64,000 bases of DNA from Eledone cirrhosa (GCA_964016885.1 OZ024750.1:33542001-33606000); one strand, 5' to 3'; positions 14,631 through 28,892 are shown, counted from the stretch's first letter. Translations and numbers: made by a program. Notes: generated from the sequence alone by a model not told the origin.

Positions 14631-16698
14631 TTTACAGGCTGTGACAAGGGTACTGGACCTACACACGATATTTACAGGCTGTGACAAGGGTACTGGACCT
14701 ACACACGACATTTACAGACTGTGACAAGGGTACTGGACCTACACACGACATTTACAGGGTGTGACAAGGGTACTGGACCTACACACGACATTTACAGACT
14801 GTGACAAGGGTACTGGACCTACACACGACATTTACAGGCTGTGACAAGGGTACTGGGCCTACACACGACATTTACAGACTGTGGCAAAGGTACTGGACCT
14901 ACATACGACATTTACAGGCTGTGACAAGGGTATTGGACCTATACACGACATTTACAGACTGTGACAAGGGTATTGGACCTACACACGACATTTACAGGCT
15001 GTGACAAGGGTACTGGACCTACACACGACATTTACAGACTGTGACAAGGGTATTGGACCTACACACGACATTTACAGGCTGTGACAAGGGTACTGGACCT
15101 ACACACGACATTTACAGACTGTGACAAGGGTACTGGACCTACACACGACATTTACAGGCTGTGACAAGGGTACTGGACCTACACACGACATTTACAGGCT
15201 GTGACAAGGGTACTGGACCTACACACGACATTTACAGACTGTAACAAGGGTACTGGACCTACACACGACATTTACAGACTGTGACAAGGGTACTGGACCT
15301 ACACACGACATTTACAGGCTGTGACAAGGGTACTGGACCTACACACGACATTTACAGGCTGTGACAAGGGTACTGGACCTACACACGGTATTTACAAACT
15401 GTGACAAGGGTATTGGACCTACACACGACATTTACAGGCTGTGACAAGGGTACTGGACCTACACACGACATTTACAGACTGTGACAAGGGTACTGGACCT
15501 ACACACGACATTTACAGGCTGTGACAAGTGTACTGGACCTAGACACGACATTTACAGACTGTGACAAGGGTACTGGACCTACACACGACATTTACAGGCT
15601 GTGACAAGGGTACTGGACCTACACACGACATTTACAGGCTGTGACAAGGGTACTGGACCTACACACGACATTTACAGACTGTGACAAGGGTACTGGACCT
15701 ACACACGACATTTACAGACTGTAACAAGGGTACTGGACCTACACACGACATTTACAGACTGTGACAAGGGTACTGGACCTACACACGACATTTACAGGCT
15801 GTGACAAGGGTACTGGACCTACACACGACATTTACAGACTGTAACAAGGGTACTGGACCTACACACGACATTTACAGGCTGTGACAAGGGTACTGGACCT
15901 ACACACGACATTTACAGGCTGTGACAAGGGTACTGGACCTACACACGACATTTACAGGCTGTGACAAGGGTACTGGACCTACACACGACATTTACAGGCT
16001 GTGACAAGGGTACTGGACCTACACACGACATTTACAGACTGTAACAAGGGTACTGGACCTACACACGACATTTACAGACTGTGACAAGGGTACTGGACCT
16101 ACACACGACATTTACAGGCTGTGACAAGGGTACTGGACCTACACACAATATTTACAGGCTGTGACAAGGGTACTGGACCTACACACGACATTTACAGGCT
16201 GTGACAAGGGTACTGGACCTACACACGACATTTACAGACTGTAACAAGGGTACTGGACCTACACACGACATTTACAGGCTGTGACAAGGGTACTGGACCT
16301 ACACACGACATTTACAAACTGTAACAAGGGTACTGGACCTACACACGACATTTACAAACTGTAACAAGGGTACTGGACCTACACACGACACTTACAGGCT
16401 GTAACAAGGGTACTGGACCTACACACAATATTTACAGGCTGTGACAAGGGTACTGGACCTACACACGACATTTACAGGCTGTGACAAGGGTACTGGACCT
16501 ACACACGACATTTACAGACTGTAACAAGGGTACTGGACCTACACACGACATTTACAGACTGTGACAAGGGTACTGGACCTACACACGACATTTACAGGCT
16601 GTGACAAGGGTACTGGACCTACACACGACATTTACAGACTGTGACAAGGCTACTGGACCTACACACGACATTTACAGGCTGTGACAAGTGTACTGGAC
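14631..16698. repeat. 40-bp minisatellite, about 52 copies (tttacaggctgtgacaagggtactggacctacacacgaca)
   Basis: Exact 40-nt period with a few recurrent variants and no unique spacers. Confidence 0.99.
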
Positions 16699-17028
16699 AC
16701 TTTCACTCTGAAGGACTTCCATTTGTATTTTTACTTGCTTTAATAATTTCAGATCCTACCATATCCATTGTACTGGATCGGGTGGAGCAAACTATTTAAT
16801 TTCATGTTGCTCCTTGTCCATTCAACTAAAGATTCATATCAGAAGTAGCTGGGGAGGGGGATTAAACTCGCAATGGACTGGCGTCCTGTGCCAGGAGGAG
16901 GGGGGTCTTATACTCTCAGTTGCTTAACGCCAATGAAACCGAGATAAACACGGGCCACATAAGCTTCCGAGCTTTAATTTTAATTCCTTAAAAGTCAAAA
17001 ACTGGAAAGTCCTTCCTATGTCTCTTGA

Positions 17029-17237
17029 TAGATTTTTATCCTTCATCGATGACATTTATTCACTCGGTACTAAAACGAGAATAAGCTAAAGCTTGTGAGG
17101 TTGTTTATGTATGACACATTGACTGGATATACTCGAGATGTAATTGAGATTCTCAAACTGATGTTTCATCTAGATCTTAGTATATTCTCGTATCAGTACC
17201 GAGTGAATACATATCACCAATGAAGAATAAACATCTA
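17029..17237. repeat. Fold-back (about 55-bp arms) with a possible decayed hammerhead
   Basis: ttatccttcatcgatgac..attcactcggtact..acgagaata versus tattctcgt..agtaccgagtgaata..atgaagaataaa. Confidence 0.7.
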
Positions 17238-17338
17238 GAAACAGCTTCCTGGCATTCTCACACAACCATTGAGATAGCCGTGATATGTTCACAGATTAAA
17301 ACATCCATAGCGAGACTCTCAAATGTTTATTATTATAC

Positions 17339-17770
17339 GGGGTCGATAAAATAAAGTACCAGTAATACACTGGGTAATTGCTGGCCTTGTGCCTAACGTA
17401 GAAACAATTATTATACGGGCGGTGGATTGGCAGTATCTGTAGAGGGTCGGACTCCATGCTTTGCGGTACAGTTACGTCCCTTTACGATCTGAGTTCAAAT
17501 CCCACCGAGGTTAACTTTGCCTTTCATCCTTACGGGGTCGATAAAATAAAGTACCAGTAATACACTGGGTAATTGCTGGCCTTGTGCCTAACATAGAAAC
17601 AATTATTATACATAAACATGCTTTTCAGCATAGTTTCGTCCCTTTACGGTCTGAGTTCAAATCCCGCCGAGGTTAACTTTGCCTTTCATCCTTACGGGGT
17701 CGATAAAATAAAGTACCAGTAATACACTGGGTAATTGCTGGCCTTGTGCCAAAAGTAGAAACAATTATTA
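17339..17770 (+). mobile_element. Three stacked SINE family 1 copies
   Basis: Copies at 17339-17410, 17417-17608 and 17618-17770, separated by duplicated ttattatac(ataaacat). Confidence 0.92.
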
Positions 17771-17840
17771 TACATAAACATTCGTATATACTTTCATATA
17801 CACCCCTATTATGAACCACGCTATATTAGTGCTACTGCTA

Positions 17841-18630
<790 letters not shown>

Positions 18631-20080
18631 GATATTAATCCTTTTGATATTAAAAGATGTTTCTTCTTTCTGTCTATTCCATCTGACTTTCTGTAATTGC
18701 ATAATCTGAAAAAAAAAGCAATAAGATTCATCGTATTCCGCTCTCACATGAGTTTAGATCAAATGATAGCAATTTGTTCGATTCACATTACAGCATCTCT
18801 GTAATACGTACAGTAAAATGATTCTAAATTGAATCGTAAGAAAAGGTGAATGGTATATATTTCTAAATGGAAGAACTAACTAGAAACATATCCATTCCTC
18901 CGTCATATAAAACATGTAAAAGGGAAAATATTATACGTAGTGAAGAGGCACAAAACATCCCAGGAAAATTTTTCAATAACATATATATTTTTTTTTTTCC
19001 CCAATTTCTCAGAATCTTTGTAGTTCTGTTTTATGAAATCATTTTCTCCTGATATCAAAGCCTTTGGTATCGATTGTTTTTTAGTTTTTTTGTCTAACAT
19101 AAATTAGATGTTCTCTCGGTGTAGAAGAAGCTGGTATATATTTTACTGGTGGAATTTTTTTTGTTGTTTTGCTTTGTTTTGTTTTTAGGTAATGCCAATA
19201 CATTTCTGTTAGATTTTCACTGGTTTCAAATAGATATCCATCTACAATTATTTTATACTGAAATAATGCAACATATGTTTGCGGCGTACATGGCTAGTAT
19301 AGTCCTATTTGTTAATTATCTGTCGTAATATTGTAACACATATTCTAACGACAAATAAACAACTTAATAATACTAATTTAACGTGATTTATTTCAGTAAA
19401 TAACATCCTTGAAATCTATTATTGGGTCTAATTTAGAAATTCTCAAAATAACTGTCGCTGTGATGCACAGTAAAATTGAAAATTATATTACATACATTAA
19501 AATAGGAAATCATCTTTTCTCTTCATTTATTTTAAATTTGTTTCGACTAGACACTCTTATTAATATCAATATTTGACATGTTCTATAATTTATTAAGATA
19601 TTGTGTAGTGCAGTCGTTTGATATGAGAAAAGGTTTGGAGGCTTTTCAATGCGAAGTTCTAGTAAAATATATAAAACTGAGTTTTGTTATTGCCTATAAA
19701 CTGTATAACTTTAACAGAGGAAATTTCAAAACGTCGAACAAATATGTCATTTGATTTCTAACAAGATTTTATTAGTTTATATTGATAGTAATTTCAAGTG
19801 ACATAATAAACTTTGTGAAACTTCATAAGTTTCTTTCGATATATTTATTATATCTCGAGACGAAAAATAGAAAACCCTGCGGAGTAGGTTGTAGGTTCTA
19901 TTTAGTTTCCTGTTTCAGTTCATACAAATGTCAGAAAATGATTTCAGAAAATTATATTGTGGTGGGGTGAGGTTATGAGTATGTGGGCTGTGAGAGAATC
20001 TGCTACTAATGTTTAACTTTGTATTTTTCTCGTGTGTAGTAAAACTACACTGTCTATATTATATTTAAAATATGTTTTAA

Positions 20081-20260
20081 GGGCGGTGGATTGGCAGTAT
20101 CGGTAGAGGGTCGGACGCCATGCTTTCCAGCATAGTTACGATCTGAGTTCAAATCCCGCCGAGGTTAACTTTGCCTTTCATCCTTACGGGGTCGATAAAA
20201 TAAAGTACCAGTAATGCACTGGGTAATTGCTGGCCTTGTGCCTAAAGTAGAAACAATTAT
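20081..20260 (+). mobile_element. SINE family 1 with about 19-bp target-site duplication
   Basis: ttatatttaaaatatgttt flanks both sides. Confidence 0.93.
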
Positions 20261-20400
20261 ATTTAAAATATGTTTAATGTCACATAATAAACGTGGAGAA
20301 AGACTTCGTTAATGTCATTAATCGATCTTCCCATTTCATTTTATAGTTTCTTTCTTAGCTATTAATAATCTGTAGCCTACATTAAATATCTTTCATAGTG

Positions 20401-21342
20401 ATGGTTTCTGATTTAGACACAATGACAGCAATTCTGGGGGAGAAGTGAAAGTCGATAAAATCGACCCAAGTGATACTTTATTTTATCGACCCCGTAAAGG
20501 ATGAAAGGCAAACTCCGAACGTAAGGGGATGTAACTATGCCGCGAAGTATGGTGTCCGACGCTCTACCGATTCTGCCAATCCACCACCCTCTTTATCTTT
20601 CATTATAATAGCATTATTACTGGCCTTGTGCCTATATAAGAAACCATTATAATAGCATTACTAGTAGGGCGGTGGATTGGCAGTATCGGTAGAGGGTCGG
20701 ACACCATGCTTTGTAGCATAGAGTTACGGCCCTTTATGAGCTGAGTTCAAATCCCGCCGAGGTTAACTTTGACTTTCATCCTTACGGGGTCGATAAAATA
20801 AAGTACCAGTCACGCACTGGGGTCAATTATTATTAAAGAAATAAAGGGTGGTGGTTTGGCAGTATCAGGCTTACTTTGCAACATAGAGTTACGGCCCTTT
20901 ACGGTCTAAGTTCAAATCCCGCCAAGGTTAACTTTGCCTTTCATCCTTACGGGGGTCGATAAAATAAAGTACCAGTAATGCACTGGGATAATTGCTGGCC
21001 TTGTGCCAAACGTAGAAACAATTATAATAGAGTTACTAACGAAATATATTAAACATATTTACTATTGATCTGGTCAATGATCAATTATATAACATTGATT
21101 TACCAATATACTACATATAATGGGTTCTGATTTAGGCACAAGGCCAACAATTTTTTTTTTTGGGGGGGGGGGGGGGCGAATTCGATTAAATCGATTCCCG
21201 TGTATTACCGGTACTTTATTTTATCGACCCCGTAAGGATGAAAGGCAAAGTTAACCTCGGTGGAATTTGCAATCCGATTTAAAGGGACGTAACTATATGC
21301 CACGAGGCATGTTATCCGATGCTCTACCGATTCTGCCAATCC
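20401..21342. mobile_element. Cluster of four SINE family 1 copies (20401-20590 minus, 20667-20825 plus, 20847-21025 plus, 21121-21342 minus)
   Basis: Central ggggtcgataaaataaagta or its reverse complement in each copy. Confidence 0.88.
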
Positions 21343-22691
21343 TTTGCCATTTAATACATATATAATAGAGAGAAATTTTCTATGAACTCGATTCTCCAAA
21401 ATCTGTTTCCGGTTTCTTTGTTCAATATGCAATATGCATATTGATCTACGAGCAATACGAAGCAAAATTGCCAATATATATTTAGAAGATTTGGATATTT
21501 TATGATATGTATGCCTTTGTGAAAGTGATTTCTATATTATAATATTAGTGTGATAAAACAAAGTTTTCAGGTCATTCAATTTCTCGCGTAAGTGCAATGA
21601 AAAATATAACTAAATATGACAGATCTGTAATAACAGCATTGAACTAATATATAAACGTATATCTCAAATGTGGTTTTTGGTGCTAAAAGACTGAATTTCT
21701 TTCCAAATAATGTACTTCCATATATTACGTGCTACGTTGAAATTAAATTTACAGATCTTGTCACTTTAAATTTCTTCAAAAATTCCTATTGTTGCAAAAA
21801 CATAAAAATTACATTTCATTCCGGTCGTAAACTAAGAATATACCCTATATATGAATATTGTGATAAAATCCATTCCTTAAAATATGACTAGTCACCTATC
21901 CGTTTCTGGATATGAATATAACACATAACACATAAAACAAAATAAAAATATATTATAGAGTGTGAAGCTGAATAGAATATAATGGAAACTGGGAAATTTT
22001 GAACCATGAAATTGTTTCTGACAAGTTATTAGTTCGAAATCTTAGGTAGAAAGATTTTTTATTGCTTCTTTCACGTCCAGCATAATAGTCGTCGACAGCT
22101 TATCAAGTGAATTTTTCTCTCCCCTGAAAAGTATTAAATGGATTTTATTTCTTTAATGTTACAAAAATCTGTACTTGAACTAGCGTTTTAATATTGATCT
22201 CAAACGTAGACAAAGGGTATTCTATTTATAACGGAAAAGATTCTAAATTCTGTTACTTTTATGTCATTCTGTTGAGCTGTCTCGACACCTGATTAGTGAC
22301 GCGACGATCAAATTTCTACATTTGAAGCAGTGAGCTGTCTCGTCTCGTCTCGTTTTATCGATAGGTGAGCGTGTGGGAAGAAATAAAAAGAAACTCTGGG
22401 CGGGAGGATTGATTACTCGGTATTATTTGAAAAGTGAACCGAATCAGATGTGCGCCATCCATCGAAAGAGACAGGAAATTATACTAGTGGGGGCAGAGTC
22501 CCTAAACAAGCCTTCCAGATGGTTATAATATTGCTTTTCATATATTTATAATATTCTGACTGTTTTTCGTAAAAGGCTAGTACTCCTGATTAAATGTCTT
22601 TCGTGTTTTTGTTCCATTTCTGGTTTTAATAAAAAGTAAATACGAAGTATACAAATAAAAACAAAAATGCATTTCAGTGTACAAAGGGGCT

Positions 22692-24243
22692 AGTCCACCC
22701 TGTAAAGTGGTCATGTAGGTGCCACAACAAAACACCCAGTCCACCCTGTAAAGTGGTCATGTAGGTGCCACAACAAAACACCCAGTCCACACTGTAAAGT
22801 GGTCATGTAGGAGCCACGACAAAACACCCAGTCCACCCTGTAAAGTGGTCATGTAGGTGCCACGACAAAACACCCAGTCCACACTGTAAAGTGGTCATGT
22901 AGGAGCCACGACAAAACACCCAGTCCACCCTGTAAAGTGGTCATGTAGGTGCCATGACAAAACACCCACTCCACCCTGTAAAGTGGTCATGTAGGTGCCA
23001 CGACAAAACACCCAGTCCACACTCTAAAGTGGTCATGTAGCTGCCACGACAAAACACCCAGTCCATACTGCAAAGCGGTCATGTAGGTGCCACGACAAAA
23101 CACCCAGTCCATACTGCAAAGCGGTCATGTAGCTGCCACGACAAAACACCCAGTCCACCCTGTAAAGTGGTCATGTAGGTGCCACGACAAAACACCCAGT
23201 CCATACTGCAAAGCGGTCATGTAGCTGCCACGACAAAACACCCAGTCCATACTGCAAAGCGGTCATGTAACTGCCACGACAAAACACCCAGTCCACACTG
23301 TAAAGTGGTCATGTAGGTGCCATGACAAAACACCCACTCCACCCTGTAAAGTTGTCATGTAGCTGCCACGACAAAACTCCCAGTCCACACTGTAAAGTGG
23401 TCATGTAGGTGCCATGACAAAACACCCACTCCACCCTGTAAAGTTGTCATGTAGCTGCCACGACAAAACACCCAGTCCACACTGTAAAGTGGTCATGTAG
23501 GTGCCACGACAAAACACCCAGTCCATACTGCAAAGCGGTCATGTAGCTGCCACAACAAAACACCCAGTCCATACTGCAAAGCGGTCATGTAGGTGCCACG
23601 ACAAATCACCTAGTCCACACTGTAAAGCAGTCATGTAGGTGCCACGACAAAACACCCAGTCCACACTGTAAAGTGGTCATGTAGCTGCCACGACAAAACA
23701 CCCAGTCCACACTGTAAAGTGGTCATGTAGGTGCCACGACAAAACACCCAGTCCACACTCTAAAGTGGTCATGTAGCTGCCACGACAAAACACCCAGTCC
23801 ACACTGTAAAGTGGTCATGTAGGTGCCACGACAAAACACCCAGTCCACACTCTAAAGTGGTCATGTAGCTGCCACGACAAAACACCCAGTCCACGCTGTT
23901 AAGTGGTCATGTAGATCTCACTACAAACACTACCCAGTCAACCCTGTAAAGTGGTCGTGTTGATGCCACGACAAAACACCCAGTCCACACTGTAAAGTCG
24001 TCATGTAGGTGCCACGGCAAAACACCCAGTCAACACTGTAAAGTGGTCATGTAGGTACCACGACAAAACACCCAGTCCACACTGTAAAGTGGTCATGTAG
24101 GTGCCACGACAAAACACCCAGTCCACACTATAAAGTGGTCGTGTAGATGTCACTACAAACAATACCCAGTACACACTGTAAAGTGGCCACGTAGGTGTCA
24201 CGACAAAAAGCACCCAGGCCACATTGTAAAGTGATCGTGTAGG
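22692..24243. repeat. 46-bp minisatellite, about 33 copies (ccagtccacactgtaaagtggtcatgtaggtgccacgacaaaacac)
   Basis: 46-nt period (for example ccac at 22695, 22741, 22787); units degenerate toward the right end. Confidence 0.97.
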
Positions 24244-24382
24244 TTGGTGTTAGAAAGGGCATCCAGCTGTAAAAACCAAGCAAAACGCGGTCATCTGATC
24301 TTGCTTGTCTCACAACGGGGCAACTCGTCTAACACATGCTAGCGTGGAAAATTAGATGTCAAACGACGATGATGATGATGAT
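24190..24382 (+). mobile_element. 3' part of a SINE with an RTE-like tail ending in (GAT)n
   Basis: ggtgtcacgacaaaaagcaccc...ggttggtgttagaaagggcatccagctgtaaaaacc...catgctagcgtggaaaattagatgtcaaacgacgatgatg; recognised as an octopus SINE 3' region from memory. Confidence 0.65.
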
Positions 24383-24884
24383 GGTGATGGTTATAATGGT
24401 GGTGATGATGTTGGTGGTGATAGTGGTAGTGATGATAGTGGTGATGATAGTGATGGTGGTGATGGTGGTGATGGTGGTGATGGTAGTGATGGTAGTGATG
24501 GTGGTGGTGATGGTGGTGATGGTAGTGATGGTAGTTGTGATGATAGTGATGGTGGTGATGGTGGTGATAGTAGTGATGGTAGTGATGGCGGTGGTGATGG
24601 TGGTGATGGTAGTGATGGTAGTGATGGTAGTGGTGATGATAGTGATGGTGGTGATGGTGGTGATGGTAGTGGTGATGATAGTGATGGTGGTGATGGTGGT
24701 GATGGTAGTGATGGTAGTGATGGCGGTGGTGATGGTGGCGATGGTAGTGATGGTAGTGGTGATGATAGTGATGGTGGTGATGGTGGTGATGGTAGTGATG
24801 GCGGTGGTGATGGTGGCGATGGTAGTGGTGATGATAGTGATGGTGGTGATGGTGGTGATGGTGGTGATGGTGGTGGTGATGGTG
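24368..24884. repeat. Compound (GAT/GGT/AGT)n trinucleotide repeat
   Basis: Read directly. Confidence 0.98.
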
Positions 24885-25591
24885 AAGGGATAGAAAGAGA
24901 TTAACATTTTGTGCATGCCTCTGTTGGACAAATTATTTTTTTTATGCTTCCCACACAAGCGAACTAACAAACTTTTATTTTATTTCATTTTATTTGCAAT
25001 TCAACTTATTCCAACATAAACTATCTCTAACCTAGAACTTTTCAATAAACATTTCTTTACAACATTTCCTAAAATGTTTCTACTGAGTTTCATATTGTTT
25101 CGACTTAAAGGCGGAATTTTACCACAGAGTATCATATATATTTTGTCGCATTCTATATTTATATTTTACATTTTACAAGTGTTGACTTTAGTTTATTTCG
25201 GGGGGGGGGGGGTTTCATAAATCGTTTGTTTTCAAAATAAAATAAAAACTATACATTTATCTATATTCCAGGAAAGGGGTTTTCATTTACCTTGAGCGCA
25301 CTATTATTCTGGTTGTTTTTTAATATATTTGTGTACTCAAAGATTGTTTTGTTGGTTTTTTGTTTTTGTTTTTTTCCTTTAATGCTTCATGTGAATTTGG
25401 CTTGTGGGTTTACATCAGTTTCTATTTGATGTAATTCGTTATGTTCACTGACTATTCTTCCATTAGAGTTTCTTTCATGTAATGTAAGCTTTTATGTATA
25501 TTCTGAATTAGAGGACGCTTTTTTATATATTCCTGATATAAGTTTGACTATATATATACCAGTATTTTATATATATAGAGAGAGAGTTAAA

Positions 25592-25640
25592 ATATATATA
25601 TAGATAATATATGTATATATATATACATATATATATATAC

Positions 25641-25709
<69 letters not shown>

Positions 25710-25722
25710 CATATATATATAC

Positions 25723-25755
<33 letters not shown>

Positions 25756-25920
25756 CATATATATATACATATTTATATATATACATATATATATACATAT
25801 ATATATACATATATATATATACATATACATATATATATATACATATATATATATACATATATATATACATATATATATACATATATATATATACATATAT
25901 ATATATACGTATATATATAC

Positions 25921-25951
<31 letters not shown>

Positions 25952-26076
25952 CATATATATATACATATATATATATACATATACATATATATATATACAT
26001 ATATATATATACATATATATATACATATATATATACATATATATATATACATATATATATATACATATATATATAC

Positions 26077-26107
<31 letters not shown>

Positions 26108-26120
26108 CATATATATATAC

Positions 26121-26169
<49 letters not shown>

Positions 26170-26198
26170 TATATACATATATATATACATATATATAC

Positions 26199-26260
<62 letters not shown>
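25592..26260. repeat. (TA)n with TACA interruptions
   Basis: Read directly. Confidence 0.99.
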
Positions 26261-26264
<4 letters not shown>

Positions 26265-26729
26265 CAGTATTTTATCTTATATACATACAAAGTAAATCTA
26301 ATATTCTCGTTCAGACTAAAATGTACTGCCATGGATGTTAGTGCATAGGCTTCTATATCAGACTATACAGGTGCCTAGGTCGGGGAACATTATGTGCTAC
26401 AAATGAAATGTGGATAAAGAACATCATGCATTGCAAATAGTCTATGTTAAATGCATCAATACTGATTAACTGGACGTTTGATGTTAACGTTTAAAGATTA
26501 TTTTCATTGTTACATTATAAACTTTCATCTCACCTCTGAAGAGATATTTTTTGCAACACTAAACTTTTGTACATTTATTTGTAAACCTTTAAAGGAAGTT
26601 ACTTTATTTATTTTTTTTTTTTTTTTGCAAATAAACATGCACTCTGATACTGACTAATTTATTCGAATATCAGGACAGCTTGTCAACCATTGATACCCAC
26701 CCAGCTCTCACGTGTTATTCCATGGACTT

Positions 26730-26810
26730 TCTACATTTAGTAATGTATCTGGGCAACGTCATTGGAAAGCCGACTAAACGGTTGAGGGTAACCAGGAGTT
26801 TTAAGCCGCC
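26730..26810 (+). pseudogene. Possible decayed GIY-YIG (Penelope-like) endonuclease fragment
   Basis: Translates as MYLGNVIGKPTKRLRVTR, resembling YIGKTxxRLxxR; short and weak. Confidence 0.3.
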
Positions 26811-27442
26811 GGGAAAATTCATGAAAGATTTGTCACCATACACATGTGAAGACTAGATTTCCAACGAACAATGCAGTGGAAACACAAAACCATCCAGTAG
26901 TAGTCACATTTCAGTGGATATAAAAACAGTGTCCAACTATATCGTTATATGACACAAACCATATCCAGTATTTTTCTTTCCTCTCTCTCTTACCCAGTTT
27001 TCATGATGTTTGTGTTTTCTGTTTCTCTGCTCTGACAACTCAAAGATTTCACAGTGATAACACTTGTCGCGGTTCACCTAACCAACTCATTATTTTACTT
27101 TCAAATATATTCACCTCTGTACGAATATCAACCCTTTTTTTTTTACCTAGCCCTCTAATATTGGTCAACACTTTTATCGTTATCATTAACCGTCTCTTTT
27201 TTCAAAATCTTCACTACTATAGTATTGCATGTGTGTGTGTTTTGACTAAGAGTCGGACATTTATACTAGTATCTATAATTCAGCTTCAGACAATTGAAGT
27301 ATATATCAAAGACTACTTCTAAGAACCTATATTAGTAATAATTATTGTTTAATCAATTTCGTTTGTCTTTATCATTACACCAATATGCAATTAAGGAAAT
27401 TCCAAATACGATCATTAAATCAAAATGCCATTGTTAGGGAGA

Positions 27443-27612
27443 TACTTTTGGCACAAGGCCAGCCATTACCCCAGTGTATTACTGGTACTTTATTTTATCG
27501 ACCCCGTAAGGATGAAAGGCAAAGTTAACCTCGGCGGGATTTGAACTCAGAATGGCAAGGGCCGTAACTCAATGCGTCAAAGCATGGCGTCCCACCCTCT
27601 ACCGATACTGCC
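27443..27612 (-). mobile_element. SINE family 1 with 12-bp TSD gttagggagata
   Basis: TSD on both sides. Confidence 0.92.
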
Positions 27613-27847
27613 GTTAGGGAGATAACGTTCTGTAATGAGTGTATTTAAATACGATTTTATTTAATGTAGGCCCTACTTGAATATAGCAGCGTGGGGTGCT
27701 AACAGAAGCAATTGACATGTAGCGTGATTTAAATGTCATTTGCTGTGAATTGAAGTCTATATATAAGTTATCCTGGGTTCAATCGAGGGTAACCACAGTA
27801 AGTAAGGTACTCAATACAGTGCAGAGTATAAATGTTTAATATAGAAA

Positions 27848-27898
27848 AGCTTCTACAGGACTAGAACTGTTTCATTCATGAGAAATCATCAGGAAGCT
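27848..27898 (-). ncRNA. Type-I hammerhead ribozyme motif, family B
   Basis: Reverse complement: agcttc CTGATGA t ttc tcat gaa t GAAA cag ttctagtc ctg TA gaagct. Confidence 0.85.
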
Positions 27899-27933
27899 GA
27901 CTGTCTAAGTAAATATGGTGGTATTTATATCTA

Positions 27934-28050
27934 AGGCGTGTGGCTGAGTGGTTAGAGAATTGGATTCACAATCTTGAGGTTGTGAGTTCGATTCGTGGAC
28001 CGGGCGATGCGTTATGTCCTTGAGCAAGACACTTTATTTCACGTTGTTCC
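27934..28050 (+). mobile_element. tRNA-SINE family 2 head within the fold-back spacer
   Basis: A-box tggctgagtgg, B-box gagttcgattc, then gtccttgagcaagacactttatttcacgttg. Confidence 0.8.
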
Positions 28051-28186
28051 TTCTACCTGTAGTTGCGACCGATAGATAGTATTAGCAACTGGAAAGACCG
28101 ACGGAAACATTGTTTCCTCGGTCCGATTTGACGAAAGTCGATCGATCCTTTTATATCTAAATACCACCATATTTACTTGGACAGTC

Positions 28187-28237
28187 AGCTTCCTGATGAT
28201 TTCTCACGAATGAAACAGTTCTAGTCCTGTAGAAGCT
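28187..28237 (+). ncRNA. Type-I hammerhead ribozyme motif, family B
   Basis: agcttc CTGATGA t ttc tcac gaa t GAAA cag ttctagtc ctg TA gaagct. All three helices pair; followed by (TA)n. Confidence 0.85.
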
Positions 28238-28797
28238 TATATATATATATATATATATATGGGGTGGGGGGCGAATTTAAAAGTGGTTTCAGGATTTATT
28301 ATTTTTAGGAGAACTTTCAGAATCGTTATTTCTGATATGATAATTATTTTTTGACAATATTCTGAAATACTTTTCAAGAAGAAAAGCCATAAGCCTTGTC
28401 TTTAAATTAAGGTAAACGAGGTATTTAGATTATTAGGGAGCGTTTTATAGCATTCACGTGTCTGTCATAATAATAATAAATATTCTACTTTATCAATTTA
28501 AATAGAATTGTTGTAATTGTTCAAATAAGGGTAATTATTTTATTGCTCTGGAATTCAAGCAATCTTTACTACCTCGACATAAAATGGATGAAGATAATTA
28601 AAACGAATAAAGAAACATAATACAGGGTTGTCAGATTCGTGAAAGGAATTCTAAATACTATCCACAATCATAATAACAGAAATCCTCAATTCCGATGCTG
28701 GAACTTAGGATCTGTTGGAGAAGATTGCTTCTGACAGTAGCCAATGGAAGGTGTGTTTTTGAGGACCCCCACCACCCTCTCAGGAATAACTAGGTGG

Positions 28798-28892
28798 AGA
28801 AGAAGAAGAAGAAGAAGAAGAAGAAGAAGAAGAAGAAGAAGAAGAAGAAGAAGAAGAAGAAGAAGAAGAAGAAGAAGAAGAAGAAGAAGAAG

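Noticed and set aside
14631-16698. CRISPR-like array
   Set aside because: Contiguous 40-bp units with no unique spacers, no cas genes, and a eukaryotic context. The same applies to the 46-bp array.
24336-24970. Gly/Asp-rich, Val/Met-rich or Thr/Ile-rich proteins
   Set aside because: Open frames are a by-product of a trinucleotide repeat at a SINE tail.
25523-26348. Long YI/HT/CV-rich ORFs here and elsewhere in the track
   Set aside because: Translations of dinucleotide microsatellites.
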